25,181 nucleotides of DNA from a virus (IMGVR_UViG_3300025112_000171:1-25181), one strand, 5' to 3'; positions 7,477-18,700 are shown, numbered from the stretch's first letter. Translations and numbers: made by a program. Notes: generated by a model not told the origin, from the letters alone.

Positions 7477-10400
7477 TATGTTCTCCGTTTAGTATCAAAT
7501 ATATTGGATGTTCTAAATCCAAATCCTCTTCCTTGTAGATTACCAACATAGGTTTCTCCATACAAATCAGTTCTAGATCTATAGATATTAACTAATTTTA
7601 TTCTATTACTATAGTTGGTATTACAATGTTTTGCATTAGCAAAAGTATTGGCTGCTGATTCATCTAGCCACACTGAAGCTCTTTCAACAGGCATTAAAGC
7701 TGAAGGCCAATAGTATCCGCTTGTAGCCACAACCCCGCTCATGTCGAAAGTTCGCTCATTCAATAATTGTGGATAGTATCCACTAAAATCCGCAGGACCA
7801 GAACAACTCCCAGATAATAAATATCCCTGAGCTAAATGTTGCGCTGGTATAGTATCTTCTGGGTTTACCTGTAGATCGTTAAAAACATACGGGTTAATGT
7901 CCAACCCACTAGTGTAAGACAATACTTTAGCGGCAGGGAGTACTGAAAAGAATAATCTAAACGGGCCAGCATTTTCATATGCAGAAGCCCCATAACTACC
8001 ACTAACTGAAGCAGTGGGCGTTGTAGTCACAACTCTCCTAATATTCCCTATCGAACTCATAAATGCGGATAGCCCTAAATTACGAGTGGAACCGAACCCA
8101 TCATCAAACGCACCTTCAGGCCAAGACCTACCTTTACCAAAATGATCTAACACAGCAATCTTACCCGTATCTGGTGTACCAGATGGAATACTGGACGCTA
8201 TGTTTACCCATCCACTAGCATCATCATCATTTATACCAGCGTTATTCAGGTAAGAACTAGCGAGATACAGTGCCCCAGGACCATGATACCCAGCCACATT
8301 TGGGTACACCCCACTAACAGCTAAGTAAGCAGCATCTAAACGAGAAGTATCAGCAATATTCCAAATTAATATCTGACCACACCCAGCAGGGTTACTAGAA
8401 GTATCATAATAACTCTCAGTACTTGGAGGATGACCCATTGGGAAATGGACATTTCTTACTTTTACAGAACTATCATTTACAGCCCTTACACACATCCCAC
8501 CTGTACTTATAGTCTGTATATTAGAAGAGCAAGACTGGTTAGGCCCACCAGCCCCGTCCCCGTATCCATCCTGATAAAGAATACTATAGCAACTTAACTG
8601 AACATCCTTCTTTAAATACTGAGTATACTCTCTATTATTAGTTACAGAAGTTCCTATAAATCCACCACCTTTAGTACCTGAATCCCCAGAGCGCATAGGT
8701 TGCGTCATACCAGACACATTGGGATCAGTAGGAGATTCGTTTGGATAGAATTGCACTGCACCCGAACTACATAAATCCGCTAAAGTACCTGAAGATGGGT
8801 GAACCTGCATTCCACCAACCCCCGTCTCCAAAGGTCCTCTAACAAGAAGGTCTATGCTATCATTTCTTTGTACCCTTGATTCTGGTCTACGATTCCATAT
8901 AGCAGGTGCATAACCCAACTCTTCTAACACTATACTAGATTTATTATCAGCCACTAATGCAGCACCCTGACAATGAATCTCTAGTACAGGGGTCGCTTTG
9001 TATTTTCCTCCACCCCACCCACTAGTATTATAACCTGAAACCGCCGAGGGGCGGTAATGCAGAGCATAAGTATCCACATAAGCATTAAACTCATCTAGAG
9101 GAGGACCAGCCTTAATCATGGAATTGTTTGTAGCAATTGCTCCAAACCCATGATTGTAAATAGCTACGGGTCCTGTAAAATTAATGATGGAATTATTATC
9201 CGCTATAGCAGCAGCACAATACACCGAACTAGGACCATCAAAGTAACTTACAGTATTAGTACCCCCATCTGCTTCGGAATCAATGTTAGTAAGACCCCTA
9301 ACAGTAGCAGTACCGTTATTAGTAGCAAGTAAATGCCTTGGAACTGAAGGGTCTCCATGAGGTTGCGGCCCCGCAATAAACTTAGCACAGGTAAACTCCC
9401 CTAATGAGTTATCAACAACCACACTGGGTTTCATCGCTGGTGTAGAGGATACATCTGAGAAGGACGCAACAGCTTGCACACGACCATGATTGGTGTAGTA
9501 GATCTCTTGGTTATACATAGTGGTAATATCAATACCAGAAGTATGCGTAGGATAGGTAGGACCATAAGTAGATCCCCCCTTCAACACTACATGCTGACCA
9601 TTATGAGAGAATAAGATAGGATAGTTATGAGACCTAGCCACTTCCTCTCCTGCTGCTACTGTAGAAGCATTTTTTCTTAGAGTATTAAGACCTAGGGCAC
9701 GGGGGTTTAAATTCTTATTGTATTTAAAGTCACTACTATCCATGAGTAATCCATAAGATTGGGCATTACTACTTCGTAATTGCTCAACTTCTATCACCGA
9801 ATTACGAGCTTCTATATTAGTTCTATTGTTGTAAGCAGTTGTAACACCATTCATAGAATACTTAGAGTTGGAACAATACAATCCCACACCATTGAATCCG
9901 ATGTCTGTGTAGAAAGGTCCCATAGGGTCTGCATACCCATCTCCCCTATAAGCTATCATCTGTCTATTATCCATCTTATCTCCACCATGGAGTTTAGAAT
10001 TATCTAGATAGATACCATAATCATGAAACTGACTAGCTAATGTAGCAACCATCCCACTGGCATAAGTATCGGTAACAAAAGATATATCACTATTAGTAGC
10101 TTTAAATCCGTAGCTAGTTATAGTACTTCTATTATCCGTAGGAGTAGTTCCTGTAGACTTATAGTTTCTAGCTGCTATCGCTTGTCTTCGTAAATTAATT
10201 TGGGAGTTCTTAATATCGAATCCCACTGTGGTACATCTCATAGCCCCACAGTTCTCTAAAGTTAGACCATCACAATTGTAAGCACCTATACCTTCAGGGG
10301 TAGCGTTGTTACCGTCTACTACAAATCCCCTGATGTATACTGGGCCATCACAATTCTGAACTTTTATTCTACTAAACCAGTTCGCAGCCCATATACCTTT

Positions 10401-11360
10401 GGCTAGTTGTCCATCTATAAACGGGCTAGTGGATATACTTCCTTGATTATCTTCTCTTATAGTAGAAACATCATAATTATTTATAGTAGTATCAGCAACA
10501 ACAGTAGTTCCTGTAGATCCTGTTTTAGGCCCTAATGTATTAGCATATACATAAAAAGGTTTAGCGTTCCACGAATTTGCAGTTGGCGTGATGGGCCTCC
10601 AAGTGTCTGTATTAGTATTAATTCCTAGATGAATATACCCACCAATATCTTCCCAAGAGTAGTCTCCCCTGTCAGCCGATGAATTCCATCTTCCTGGTAC
10701 AATTAAACTTCTAACAGGGCACTCTGTACCCTCCTGAATTCTTGTAACCCCAGAAGTAACAGCGGAAACAGAAAGAACTTCTGTATGAAATACAGTACTT
10801 AGGAATCCACTAGTATCACCACTAAGAACATTAGGGGCATACATCGGCGCAATACTACTAGTTATTGATGGCCCCCCACCCCTAAGCATATGCATAGTAT
10901 AAGTATTGTCACTAATAGCAGCATAAGCTCTATTAACTATCTCAAGAACCCCGTCATCCTCGCACTTAATATTATTAAGATTTAACTGCCCCATATCTCC
11001 AGTAACAGCTACCTCAATAATAGTAGGCATTCTAATGATTTCAGGCAAAGCTTCTATGGCTGCTGATACCGTGGTAAATATATTGGCACTAGCAGCAAGA
11101 GTACTATCTATAGATGACGATACAACATATGCCATGCCTGGGGCACCAGAAAGAGGGTATCCAAGTTTCTCCCACAAATACTGAGTTCTTTCCTCTAAAT
11201 CATAAAGAGGTAAGTTGTCCTGTTCCCAGTTGTAAAAGGAAGAGGTGTCATGCTTAGTTACGAAGGGGTTCCAGTAATTAAATACTTTTACTCCTGAACT
11301 AACACTGTAGGAATCCTCTCTGTTGAAAGAATTAATAGTTTGAATATAGTTAGTAGCCAT
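7476..11360 (-). CDS. Large tail fibre/spike-like protein with probable right-handed beta-helix
   Basis: 1294 aa. FTTVSAAIEALPEII is a typical beta-helix cap motif. It is followed by ~22-aa beta-helix-like repeats (GIGAYNCDGLTLENC, GFDIKNSQINL, GFKATNSDISF, GIYLDNSKL, GLYCSNSKY, GLLMDSSDF). Confidence 0.65.
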   Translation of the reverse strand: MATNYIQTINSFNREDSYSVSSGVKVFNYWNPFVTKHDTSSFYNWEQDNLPLYDLEERTQYLWEKLGYPLSGAPGMAYVVSSSIDSTLAASANIFTTVSAAIEALPEIIRMPTIIEVAVTGDMGQLNLNNIKCEDDGVLEIVNRAYAAISDNTYTMHMLRGGGPSITSSIAPMYAPNVLSGDTSGFLSTVFHTEVLSVSAVTSGVTRIQEGTECPVRSLIVPGRWNSSADRGDYSWEDIGGYIHLGINTNTDTWRPITPTANSWNAKPFYVYANTLGPKTGSTGTTVVADTTINNYDVSTIREDNQGSISTSPFIDGQLAKGIWAANWFSRIKVQNCDGPVYIRGFVVDGNNATPEGIGAYNCDGLTLENCGAMRCTTVGFDIKNSQINLRRQAIAARNYKSTGTTPTDNRSTITSYGFKATNSDISFVTDTYASGMVATLASQFHDYGIYLDNSKLHGGDKMDNRQMIAYRGDGYADPMGPFYTDIGFNGVGLYCSNSKYSMNGVTTAYNNRTNIEARNSVIEVEQLRSSNAQSYGLLMDSSDFKYNKNLNPRALGLNTLRKNASTVAAGEEVARSHNYPILFSHNGQHVVLKGGSTYGPTYPTHTSGIDITTMYNQEIYYTNHGRVQAVASFSDVSSTPAMKPSVVVDNSLGEFTCAKFIAGPQPHGDPSVPRHLLATNNGTATVRGLTNIDSEADGGTNTVSYFDGPSSVYCAAAIADNNSIINFTGPVAIYNHGFGAIATNNSMIKAGPPLDEFNAYVDTYALHYRPSAVSGYNTSGWGGGKYKATPVLEIHCQGAALVADNKSSIVLEELGYAPAIWNRRPESRVQRNDSIDLLVRGPLETGVGGMQVHPSSGTLADLCSSGAVQFYPNESPTDPNVSGMTQPMRSGDSGTKGGGFIGTSVTNNREYTQYLKKDVQLSCYSILYQDGYGDGAGGPNQSCSSNIQTISTGGMCVRAVNDSSVKVRNVHFPMGHPPSTESYYDTSSNPAGCGQILIWNIADTSRLDAAYLAVSGVYPNVAGYHGPGALYLASSYLNNAGINDDDASGWVNIASSIPSGTPDTGKIAVLDHFGKGRSWPEGAFDDGFGSTRNLGLSAFMSSIGNIRRVVTTTPTASVSGSYGASAYENAGPFRLFFSVLPAAKVLSYTSGLDINPYVFNDLQVNPEDTIPAQHLAQGYLLSGSCSGPADFSGYYPQLLNERTFDMSGVVATSGYYWPSALMPVERASVWLDESAANTFANAKHCNTNYSNRIKLVNIYRSRTDLYGETYVGNLQGRGFGFRTSNIFDTKRRT

Positions 11361-11944
11361 TAGAACTGTAGGGTCCAGCGGAAGATGAGACTAAAATCAT
11401 TAGTCTTAGTTATTTGTGTGAAAGGTCTATAAGCTACAAGAATAGGGCGAGATGGAGAAAGTCCCCGTGGATTTCTCATATATAATCCCACCTCATTAAC
11501 TGCTGCTGTGTTTAAAGTATGCCTATCCAATACTAGGGTGTACCTTACAGATGTAGAAGTTACTTTGTGTATATTACTGAATCGTATTCTAGCTAGAGGC
11601 ACCTCGTTTGCAGCTACCAGTACCCCATCCTCAATAAGTTCAGACGGTTCAATTATTAAACCAGTATCAGAACCCCAATCTATAGAGGATAATAAAGGCT
11701 TCTTTAGTCTGAAAGTAGAAACTCCATAATCATTGTAATCTCCACCTGACCCAATTAAAAAGTTTAGTATCTGATAATCGGTAATTGTAGTTCCACCAGA
11801 AGCAGCAAATAGGTGAGAGAACCCTACCCCCATACCAGAGGTAATAACATTATTTTCATCAAATACAATCTCTTCGTCACCGTTTTCATACAGCTTAAAT
11901 ATTTGTAAATGTCCCGTAGGATTTAATGATTTATTATTCTTCAT
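11360..11944 (-). CDS. Tail-collar/baseplate-associated protein (minimal paralogue)
   Basis: 194 aa. The pattern G-x-L-x-I...N-V-I-T-x-G ... NEVGLY ... LVAYRPF..ITKTNDFSLIFRWTLQF resembles the N-terminal tail-collar fibre fold of P2 gpH-like proteins. Confidence 0.65.
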   Translation of the reverse strand: MKNNKSLNPTGHLQIFKLYENGDEEIVFDENNVITSGMGVGFSHLFAASGGTTITDYQILNFLIGSGGDYNDYGVSTFRLKKPLLSSIDWGSDTGLIIEPSELIEDGVLVAANEVPLARIRFSNIHKVTSTSVRYTLVLDRHTLNTAAVNEVGLYMRNPRGLSPSRPILVAYRPFTQITKTNDFSLIFRWTLQF

Positions 11945-11946
11945 TG

Positions 11947-11954
11947 TATTTATA
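11947..11954 (-). promoter_or_regulatory. T4-type late promoter consensus TATAAATA
   Basis: Exact octamer in the 21-bp gap upstream of ATG 11944. It is only 2 nt from the start codon and the DNA is AT-rich, so it could be chance. Confidence 0.4.
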
Positions 11955-11965
11955 TAGAATACTTG

Positions 11966-13762
11966 TCAAATACTATCAGTATCTGCAACACGCAACTCCC
12001 AATCAATTATATACGAAAATTCCTTATTCTTTTCGAGAGGAGGGTATATTATTTTATAACTAGTCATAAATGGAGCATCAACCCCAGAGTTGCCGCTTGG
12101 GTTCTTTAAAAATAACCCCACTTCTTTTATAGTCTGTCCATTAGCTAAAAACTCATCCAGCAGTAGTCGGACATTTGCAGTATCATCATTTAGTCTGGTA
12201 GTATACCCATAGGGTATTTGAACAAAGTACTGTGGTTTTGTAATATAGTAAGGTCTCTCCCCATGTATATATTGATTTGGGGTTGCACTGGGGTTATATT
12301 CAAACTGAAAATTAGCTACATATGCTGCCTCTCTTGGAGTCACATTATGATTGTTTATACTACCTACGGTAGCATCCGATATGCCTCCCTGTGGAGTCTT
12401 ATTTACATACAATAAAGATGATAATAATGGGTAGTGCATTATTTGCACATTGGACCTAGAAAGAGTCCCATTGTCCACATTTAAAACAGCTTCAGGGACT
12501 TCATTTAGAGATACGGATATTCTGTAAAAATTTCCACTTGGCCCGAAACCTGAATTAGCTGTAGTATAACAATCTTTTCCTGGGCCATTACGGGTAGTAT
12601 AGCCATTAGATGCGTCCCAACCATTGTACATACCCCCGTCTTTACAGTGTACATTTGCAGAAAGAGTTCCTCCAGTGGTGGTAACCCCATAAAAAGATTT
12701 CCAATTAGAAGAACAATCACCTACTAGATCAAAACATTTATGGTATCCTGAACTTGTACCAAAATCAAGGATCTCTGGGGGATACCATTCTGGTGGATCT
12801 GGGGAAGCGTCATCCGTAGAATTAGTTTTAAGATCATACCTATACATAAAGGACACCCTATTCTCCCCAGCCTCCTTAAATCCTGCTCCAGACGCAGCAA
12901 CCTCGTTATATATCTGCAAAGCTCCACCTATAGGAGTACTAGCGGAAGCAGCCGCATTACTTGAAGCGTAATAATCTGTCATATAATAAACAGATGCAGT
13001 CTGATTCTTTTGGAGGGGGTTCCATACCTTCCTAACAGTTCCATCAGTGTGCTTATACCCATCCAAAGTCTTAATACATCCAGTAGTATTCGCTACATTC
13101 TCAACTTCATTATATCTAGTTACATATACAGGGTCAACCTCATAGAGACCAGAGGTAAGCAGCGGGGTTGCGTTAGGTCCCGATGCTGTCAGGGGAGCCG
13201 CAGAAGTCCACAGGATACGCTTCACGCCATTCCTCGCGTCCTGCCAGTCATCGGAGCATCCATCCACCCAAATGGAAGAGGGGGCAGCAGAGTCCCTATC
13301 CCCTTGAAGCGTCTTCTGTCCATCAACGAACCCTTGAAAGTTATTAGTATAATCATCAAATACTTTAGTAGTGTCAGGGGGATCTACAAAATTATCAAAG
13401 ACCTTAGTTCTATCGTGGGGTAGAATAGAACCCAACCCATAAATATCTCTTTTTACTACAGGAAAAACACTCTCTCTACCATAAGCAGATACATCTAATG
13501 GATTTTTAATGGTCCACACATTAGGCTTCAATCTGTTTAATGGCACATCCGAGGACACACCAAAACTACTTAGGTTATAATTATTAAGACCTAGTTGAAA
13601 ATATCTAAAGGAATAATCTCCGACATTTCTAGACCCAGTTCCAGTTAAGACATTTACCATAGCCGCAGCAAACCCAGCAGCTACCTGATTACTTTCTTCT
13701 AAAATAACTTCGGAGGCTCCAGTAGCTTTGTCAATCTTCTTTAGTTTAAATATCCCTCTCAT
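11966..13762 (-). CDS. Tail-collar-like paralogue with ~400-aa internal insertion
   Basis: 598 aa. The N-terminus (MRGIFKL..EVILEESNQVAAG) and C-terminus (KEVGLFLKNPSG...KNKEFSYIIDWEL) align by eye with the 194-aa protein. Confidence 0.65.
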   Translation of the reverse strand: MRGIFKLKKIDKATGASEVILEESNQVAAGFAAAMVNVLTGTGSRNVGDYSFRYFQLGLNNYNLSSFGVSSDVPLNRLKPNVWTIKNPLDVSAYGRESVFPVVKRDIYGLGSILPHDRTKVFDNFVDPPDTTKVFDDYTNNFQGFVDGQKTLQGDRDSAAPSSIWVDGCSDDWQDARNGVKRILWTSAAPLTASGPNATPLLTSGLYEVDPVYVTRYNEVENVANTTGCIKTLDGYKHTDGTVRKVWNPLQKNQTASVYYMTDYYASSNAAASASTPIGGALQIYNEVAASGAGFKEAGENRVSFMYRYDLKTNSTDDASPDPPEWYPPEILDFGTSSGYHKCFDLVGDCSSNWKSFYGVTTTGGTLSANVHCKDGGMYNGWDASNGYTTRNGPGKDCYTTANSGFGPSGNFYRISVSLNEVPEAVLNVDNGTLSRSNVQIMHYPLLSSLLYVNKTPQGGISDATVGSINNHNVTPREAAYVANFQFEYNPSATPNQYIHGERPYYITKPQYFVQIPYGYTTRLNDDTANVRLLLDEFLANGQTIKEVGLFLKNPSGNSGVDAPFMTSYKIIYPPLEKNKEFSYIIDWELRVADTDSI

Positions 13763-15708
13763 ATGAACTTAACCTTCCAATGTATATCTATATCCTTGTA
13801 ATGATCAAAGATACCAGCAATGCCGTCTTTCCCCTCCATTTTAACAATATTATCTGTTAGCACTATCTTATTAAACAGTTTGTATCTTCTAACAGAAGGA
13901 TCGTCAATATAACCGTAAGGAGGATTATAGGATAGCCCCACATTAACCCCAGAGGATACCGTATCTCTTATGCCCTCTAAGTCTAGCCCCCACAAACCTA
14001 AAGTATCTACTCCCCCAAATATATTTAATAAGATAGCATCTGAGGAGGATGGGTCTGGACCAGGAAGGTTCCTCAGACGCACCTTATAAGTAATTTCCCC
14101 CGTAGAAGAAAAATCAACAGCTACAGTTTTATAAAAACTACTACTGGTTGCCAGATCTCCTCCCTTTACAAGAGTACCGTTATCACTTAAACCTACATAA
14201 CCATACTTATCTGTAAGTTTAGCTAACCCATCTATCCCAGCGTGTAATCGTACACTTGATAGAACATCAACAGCATAATTAGTATGATTATCAGTAGAGC
14301 TAATAAAAGTTGCAGACACGATCATACTTGTTGGATCAGGAACATAAGAACCAAGATAAAGAGCATGTCTTCCTATGTATGGAATATAATCATCTGTATA
14401 GGACCAACCTTTTAGACCTCCTTCCGTAGATAAATTTAGATTTCCACTTGTACTTAGGAAGGCCCCATTTTGTCCTCTGAGTAAAGTTACACCTATAGCC
14501 TTCTCTACAGGAGTAATAACCCCATCTGTTAAAACTCTATCATTAGGGTTGGGTGCTGGGGTAACAGTTCCTACCTCTGGTATATAAGCTGAAACTCCTA
14601 TATCATCCGTTCTAGGATAGTTACTATTAGTACCGAATCCAGTTCCATAAGTTGAACTTAAAGATCTTCCTCCACTGCCACTAACTATAAAATAGTTAGC
14701 TACTGAAGCACTAGTGCCTGTAGTTTTTCCAAAGGGAAAAGTTTCATTCAGTAATGAAAAGGCTAATGTATTGGACCTCTGCGCTGTACCGCTTACAAAA
14801 GAAGAAGTCTCAACATAATTAGTAGGTATACGACCTAATTCTAATTGTGGACGAGAGATGTATATAGATCCTGCACTCCCATCTACACCAACTGACCCTA
14901 CAGTAGTATCTACAAGATCCAAAGATCCGCTTCCTATGAATGGGTATATTCTAGGAGTAATGTCATCATGATTAATGTGATAACCAGTTACAAAAACTCT
15001 ATACCAATGATTATCTAATTTTTTTATGCCCCCTTTCCAGTTGGGGAATGGGGCTCCTGGGTTATCCATTAAAGTAGCACCCCCACTATTATCCCACTTA
15101 ATACAAGTTTTTGGGTATGCGGCTGCGGAACTAACTCCTCCGTTAATTTGGGAAAACCCAATGTAATCTCCTGAGGAAGTGGATGACACAAGCACAGGAG
15201 GATTGTCTGTATTCCATTTCATATCAACTGAAAAAGTAAACTCAGTACCACTAAAGTATCTCGCAGCGAAAGCCCCATTTGTAGCATTAGTAGCATCAAA
15301 TTTAATAGTTTGGGATAAGTATGCCGTTGATAGCTGGGTATTTATTAAAGACCCACTAGTGTCTGGTTCTGCGCCAGCTATAACATTAGAACTTAGTATA
15401 CAGTTAGTTAAATCCCAACCAGTAGTACTTTTTAAATCAGAGTTTTGGAAAAAATTAACCGTTGTATAATCGTGTTGGTGCTTTAAAAAATGATCCTTGT
15501 TTTTTGAAGTTGAAAAGCCTTGGGTAGCATAATTAGAAGCATCTAATATATTATCATTTTGTGGAGAAGGGTATTTAACAGAAGAAGGGGTAGTTAGAAA
15601 ATTAACTATATTTTCAGAAAACCCAACAGTTGTTAAGTTATTCTTTTCCAGTATAAGTTCTCTTTCCCCTTGAGAATTTGTACCGTATATTTTTACTACT
15701 CCCTTCAT
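13759..15708 (-). CDS. Tail-collar-like paralogue with inserted CBM-like / phage spike jelly-roll domain
   Basis: 649 aa. The N-terminus MKGVVKIYG..ELILEKNNLTTVG matches its neighbours. The internal signature NFFQNSDL...FTFSVDMK...WYRVFVT...IYISRPQLELGRIPTNYVET (about 14806-15459) is typical of phage CBM-like domains. Confidence 0.65.
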   Translation of the reverse strand: MKGVVKIYGTNSQGERELILEKNNLTTVGFSENIVNFLTTPSSVKYPSPQNDNILDASNYATQGFSTSKNKDHFLKHQHDYTTVNFFQNSDLKSTTGWDLTNCILSSNVIAGAEPDTSGSLINTQLSTAYLSQTIKFDATNATNGAFAARYFSGTEFTFSVDMKWNTDNPPVLVSSTSSGDYIGFSQINGGVSSAAAYPKTCIKWDNSGGATLMDNPGAPFPNWKGGIKKLDNHWYRVFVTGYHINHDDITPRIYPFIGSGSLDLVDTTVGSVGVDGSAGSIYISRPQLELGRIPTNYVETSSFVSGTAQRSNTLAFSLLNETFPFGKTTGTSASVANYFIVSGSGGRSLSSTYGTGFGTNSNYPRTDDIGVSAYIPEVGTVTPAPNPNDRVLTDGVITPVEKAIGVTLLRGQNGAFLSTSGNLNLSTEGGLKGWSYTDDYIPYIGRHALYLGSYVPDPTSMIVSATFISSTDNHTNYAVDVLSSVRLHAGIDGLAKLTDKYGYVGLSDNGTLVKGGDLATSSSFYKTVAVDFSSTGEITYKVRLRNLPGPDPSSSDAILLNIFGGVDTLGLWGLDLEGIRDTVSSGVNVGLSYNPPYGYIDDPSVRRYKLFNKIVLTDNIVKMEGKDGIAGIFDHYKDIDIHWKVKFI

Positions 15709-18700
15709 TAATTCTCCAAATGTATTTTTGTATATTGATTATTATTTGTTACGAAGGTTACATGTCCCCCTGGTTGAGACCACATAGGAGCAGCCCTGTA
15801 ACTAAGCCTACTGCCACCAGATAAACCATATCTATCCGCAGCCTCCCCTCCCCCAGGAAGCCTCTGTCCTATATAAATATCTTTTTCTGCTATACTTGAG
15901 TTTCTAGCTGCCAAGTCCTGTTGTAATCTATTAAATTCTCTCAATATAGCTAAAGTCTCATCCTCAGAATAAGGAATATATAAACTAACATCTTTAGTAA
16001 TATTAGATCCCTTAGTAGTTCCTACTATAGTTATAGTAGAAGGTTCTAGCATAGTAGAACTTGCACCAAGTAATATTGGTCCCGCATATATTCTATCTGC
16101 TACCTTTAGAGCCTTACCATTAGCATCTTTTACCCACTTAGAATATTCGGTAGCCTTAACTTTAGAGTACAGAGTAGCTTTAGTATTAGAAATTCCCGGA
16201 CCAGTAGACTCCTTAAGAGTAACTTTATCTCCACCACTAGCGGTTATCTCACCAGAATAGTCCACCCATATATAAACTCCAGAAGGTACAGCACCCCCAT
16301 CTTTATATAGGAATTTACTACTTTGTTGCTCTGGTTTATTAATTTCCTCATAATCACTATAAGGGAATGAATGTTTATGGTGTAATCTACTATTTTGAGT
16401 AATATCTCTAATAGAAAACTGATCTATAACTCCAAACTTAGCTTTATCAAAGGTATCATACATGAATACTTCTATTATATAATTTTGATTTGTCCTATGT
16501 ACCTGCTCCTTATACTGATAGTAAGAAAGAGGGACTCTTATTGGAGCATTATTTGTATTAAAGTTAACTACTTTATGAAGAAAAGATGATGGTGTAATAT
16601 CCATTAAAACATCTTTAGTAGATTTAGATAATATACAAATATCTACATTTTCAGCAACCTCATACACTTCATCATACTTTAGGGTATGAGACAAAGTATT
16701 CTTTACATATTGGGGGCCAGTAGTTCCACTTATTACAGAAGGGTATGTTAACTCCCACTTCCCATTTGGCATATAAGTCCAGAACACCTTATTACCATAG
16801 TAATCAGTCTCTGTGTCAGTATGTATCCACACCCCATAAGATCCTCCACCTAAAGTATGACTATCCTCTGTAGCTATAAAAGCCCTTAAATCAATTTCAA
16901 AATCATGCTCAGGAATTAATAGATTAGTAGAAGGTCCATAAGACCTTACATCATATCTTAATCTAGATAAAGCACCAGAAGGTTTACATAATACTATTGG
17001 ATTCCTTGCTAAAGCAGAAGGCTCCCCCTTAACAGTAGTACTTGGATCTAGATTAAATATAGTAAACTTAGAATATCCAGCACTAAGGTCAGTAAATTCT
17101 ACACCAGATAAAAGATAAGGATTTCTATATTCTGGGCCACCAACATACAAATCATCAGTACTTGATGCTGTGATGTTACTTATACCACTTAAGTCTTTAA
17201 CAGAGAAAGGCTTCTCTTCAGAGATAGCTCTACCAATGAATTGGGAACTTGTATCTACACCAGAACCCTCTACAGTAAAGTTACCGTTGTACACCAAAGG
17301 GCCATAAGCATGAGAAAGAATATTTAAACCCCCATCTTTTTGAGTATCTAATAATCCGTTACCCACACTATGCCCATTATAATAAGTTATATAATCTTTA
17401 AAAGATTTATGTATACCTGCTAAAGATCCTCTACTAAGTCTCCGTTGTCCTAAGATTGTATTATTAGTTTCTTCTTCTGTGTATTCATACTTATTCCATA
17501 AATCATTTTTTATTGAGACGACAGAATTTTGAAAAGAAGATAGATCTAATAAGAATTTATTTTTTTCAGCTAAATACTTAGCTTGATACTCAAACTTCTT
17601 GTCTCTAATCTTGTGTAAATACTTATAGAACTCTGGGGTTCTTTCCCTAGCAACATAAGAATTACAGGTGCTTACCTCAACAGAAGCAGATCCTCTGATA
17701 TCAAAGGTAGAAGAAGCTGGAATTCCACTCATAACTCTGGTAGAATCTAGTCCCCAACACTCAGACCATACATCCAAATTATAGGGGCAGGAAGAAACTT
17801 CATAGAGATTAAACGGATTAAGTACTTTATGATATTTAAAAATAAGATTCAATAAGCCCAACGGCTGATATTCAGCCTTTAAATCTTGGCTACTTGTATT
17901 AAAGTAGCTTGGCATATTAAACCCAGTTCTAGTATACAGACCCCCCTTTTGTAGATTCTTTTCAAAGTTTCTACGCCGCATTGCGTTTCTGTATAGATTG
18001 GTTAATGGGGGCACAGTTATAGAAGACCCCATTAAATTAGCATGATCAAACGGACCATCTATGAAAGATCTATCGAATACAGTCTTATCATTGTGGTTTA
18101 CAAAAGATCTAATAGAATTTGGTGGGGAAGTATAGGAACTTCCCATAGTTCCTACAATAGATCTAAAGTCCATGCCTGAAGTATGGGAACCCGCCTGTAC
18201 CCCAGATAGAGTTACATCATCTACCCAATACCGCATGGAAGGACAAATATAATCTAAAGAACTTAGGTTATCCGTGTTGTCTAAATTAACTCTAGTTTGT
18301 GGTATAGCTTTAGATGGCGAGAAAGAATCTACTATAGCTAAAGATTGGAAAAAATCTTGTTTTGAAAATCCTAATCCTTGAAAGAAGGCTGCATCAAAAG
18401 AACCACTTGAAACATCTACATCAAAATGAGAAGATTTGCCACTCCATAAAGGTATAAAATCATATTTGTCAACTTCAAAATTATCAAATAAATAATCTCT
18501 ATTAGGTGGTTGGTATACGGAACTGGTAAGAAAGAAGAAACCATTATTATAAAACTTGGTATCCACTGATCCATTTACAGTGTGGTCCCCAACAAAAGAT
18601 CTAAATGCTTGAGAATTAATAGGTCTCACACCTAAGCATACTAACTCCCTTTCAAGGAAAGCTAAAAGTTCGTCCGTTATATCACAAGTGGAGTAAAACT

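Noticed and set aside
5482-15708. Diversity-generating retroelement target/template repeats in fibre genes
   Set aside because: No adenine-specific mismatched repeat pair or reverse transcriptase was seen by eye; a self-alignment of the whole genome would be needed to exclude it.
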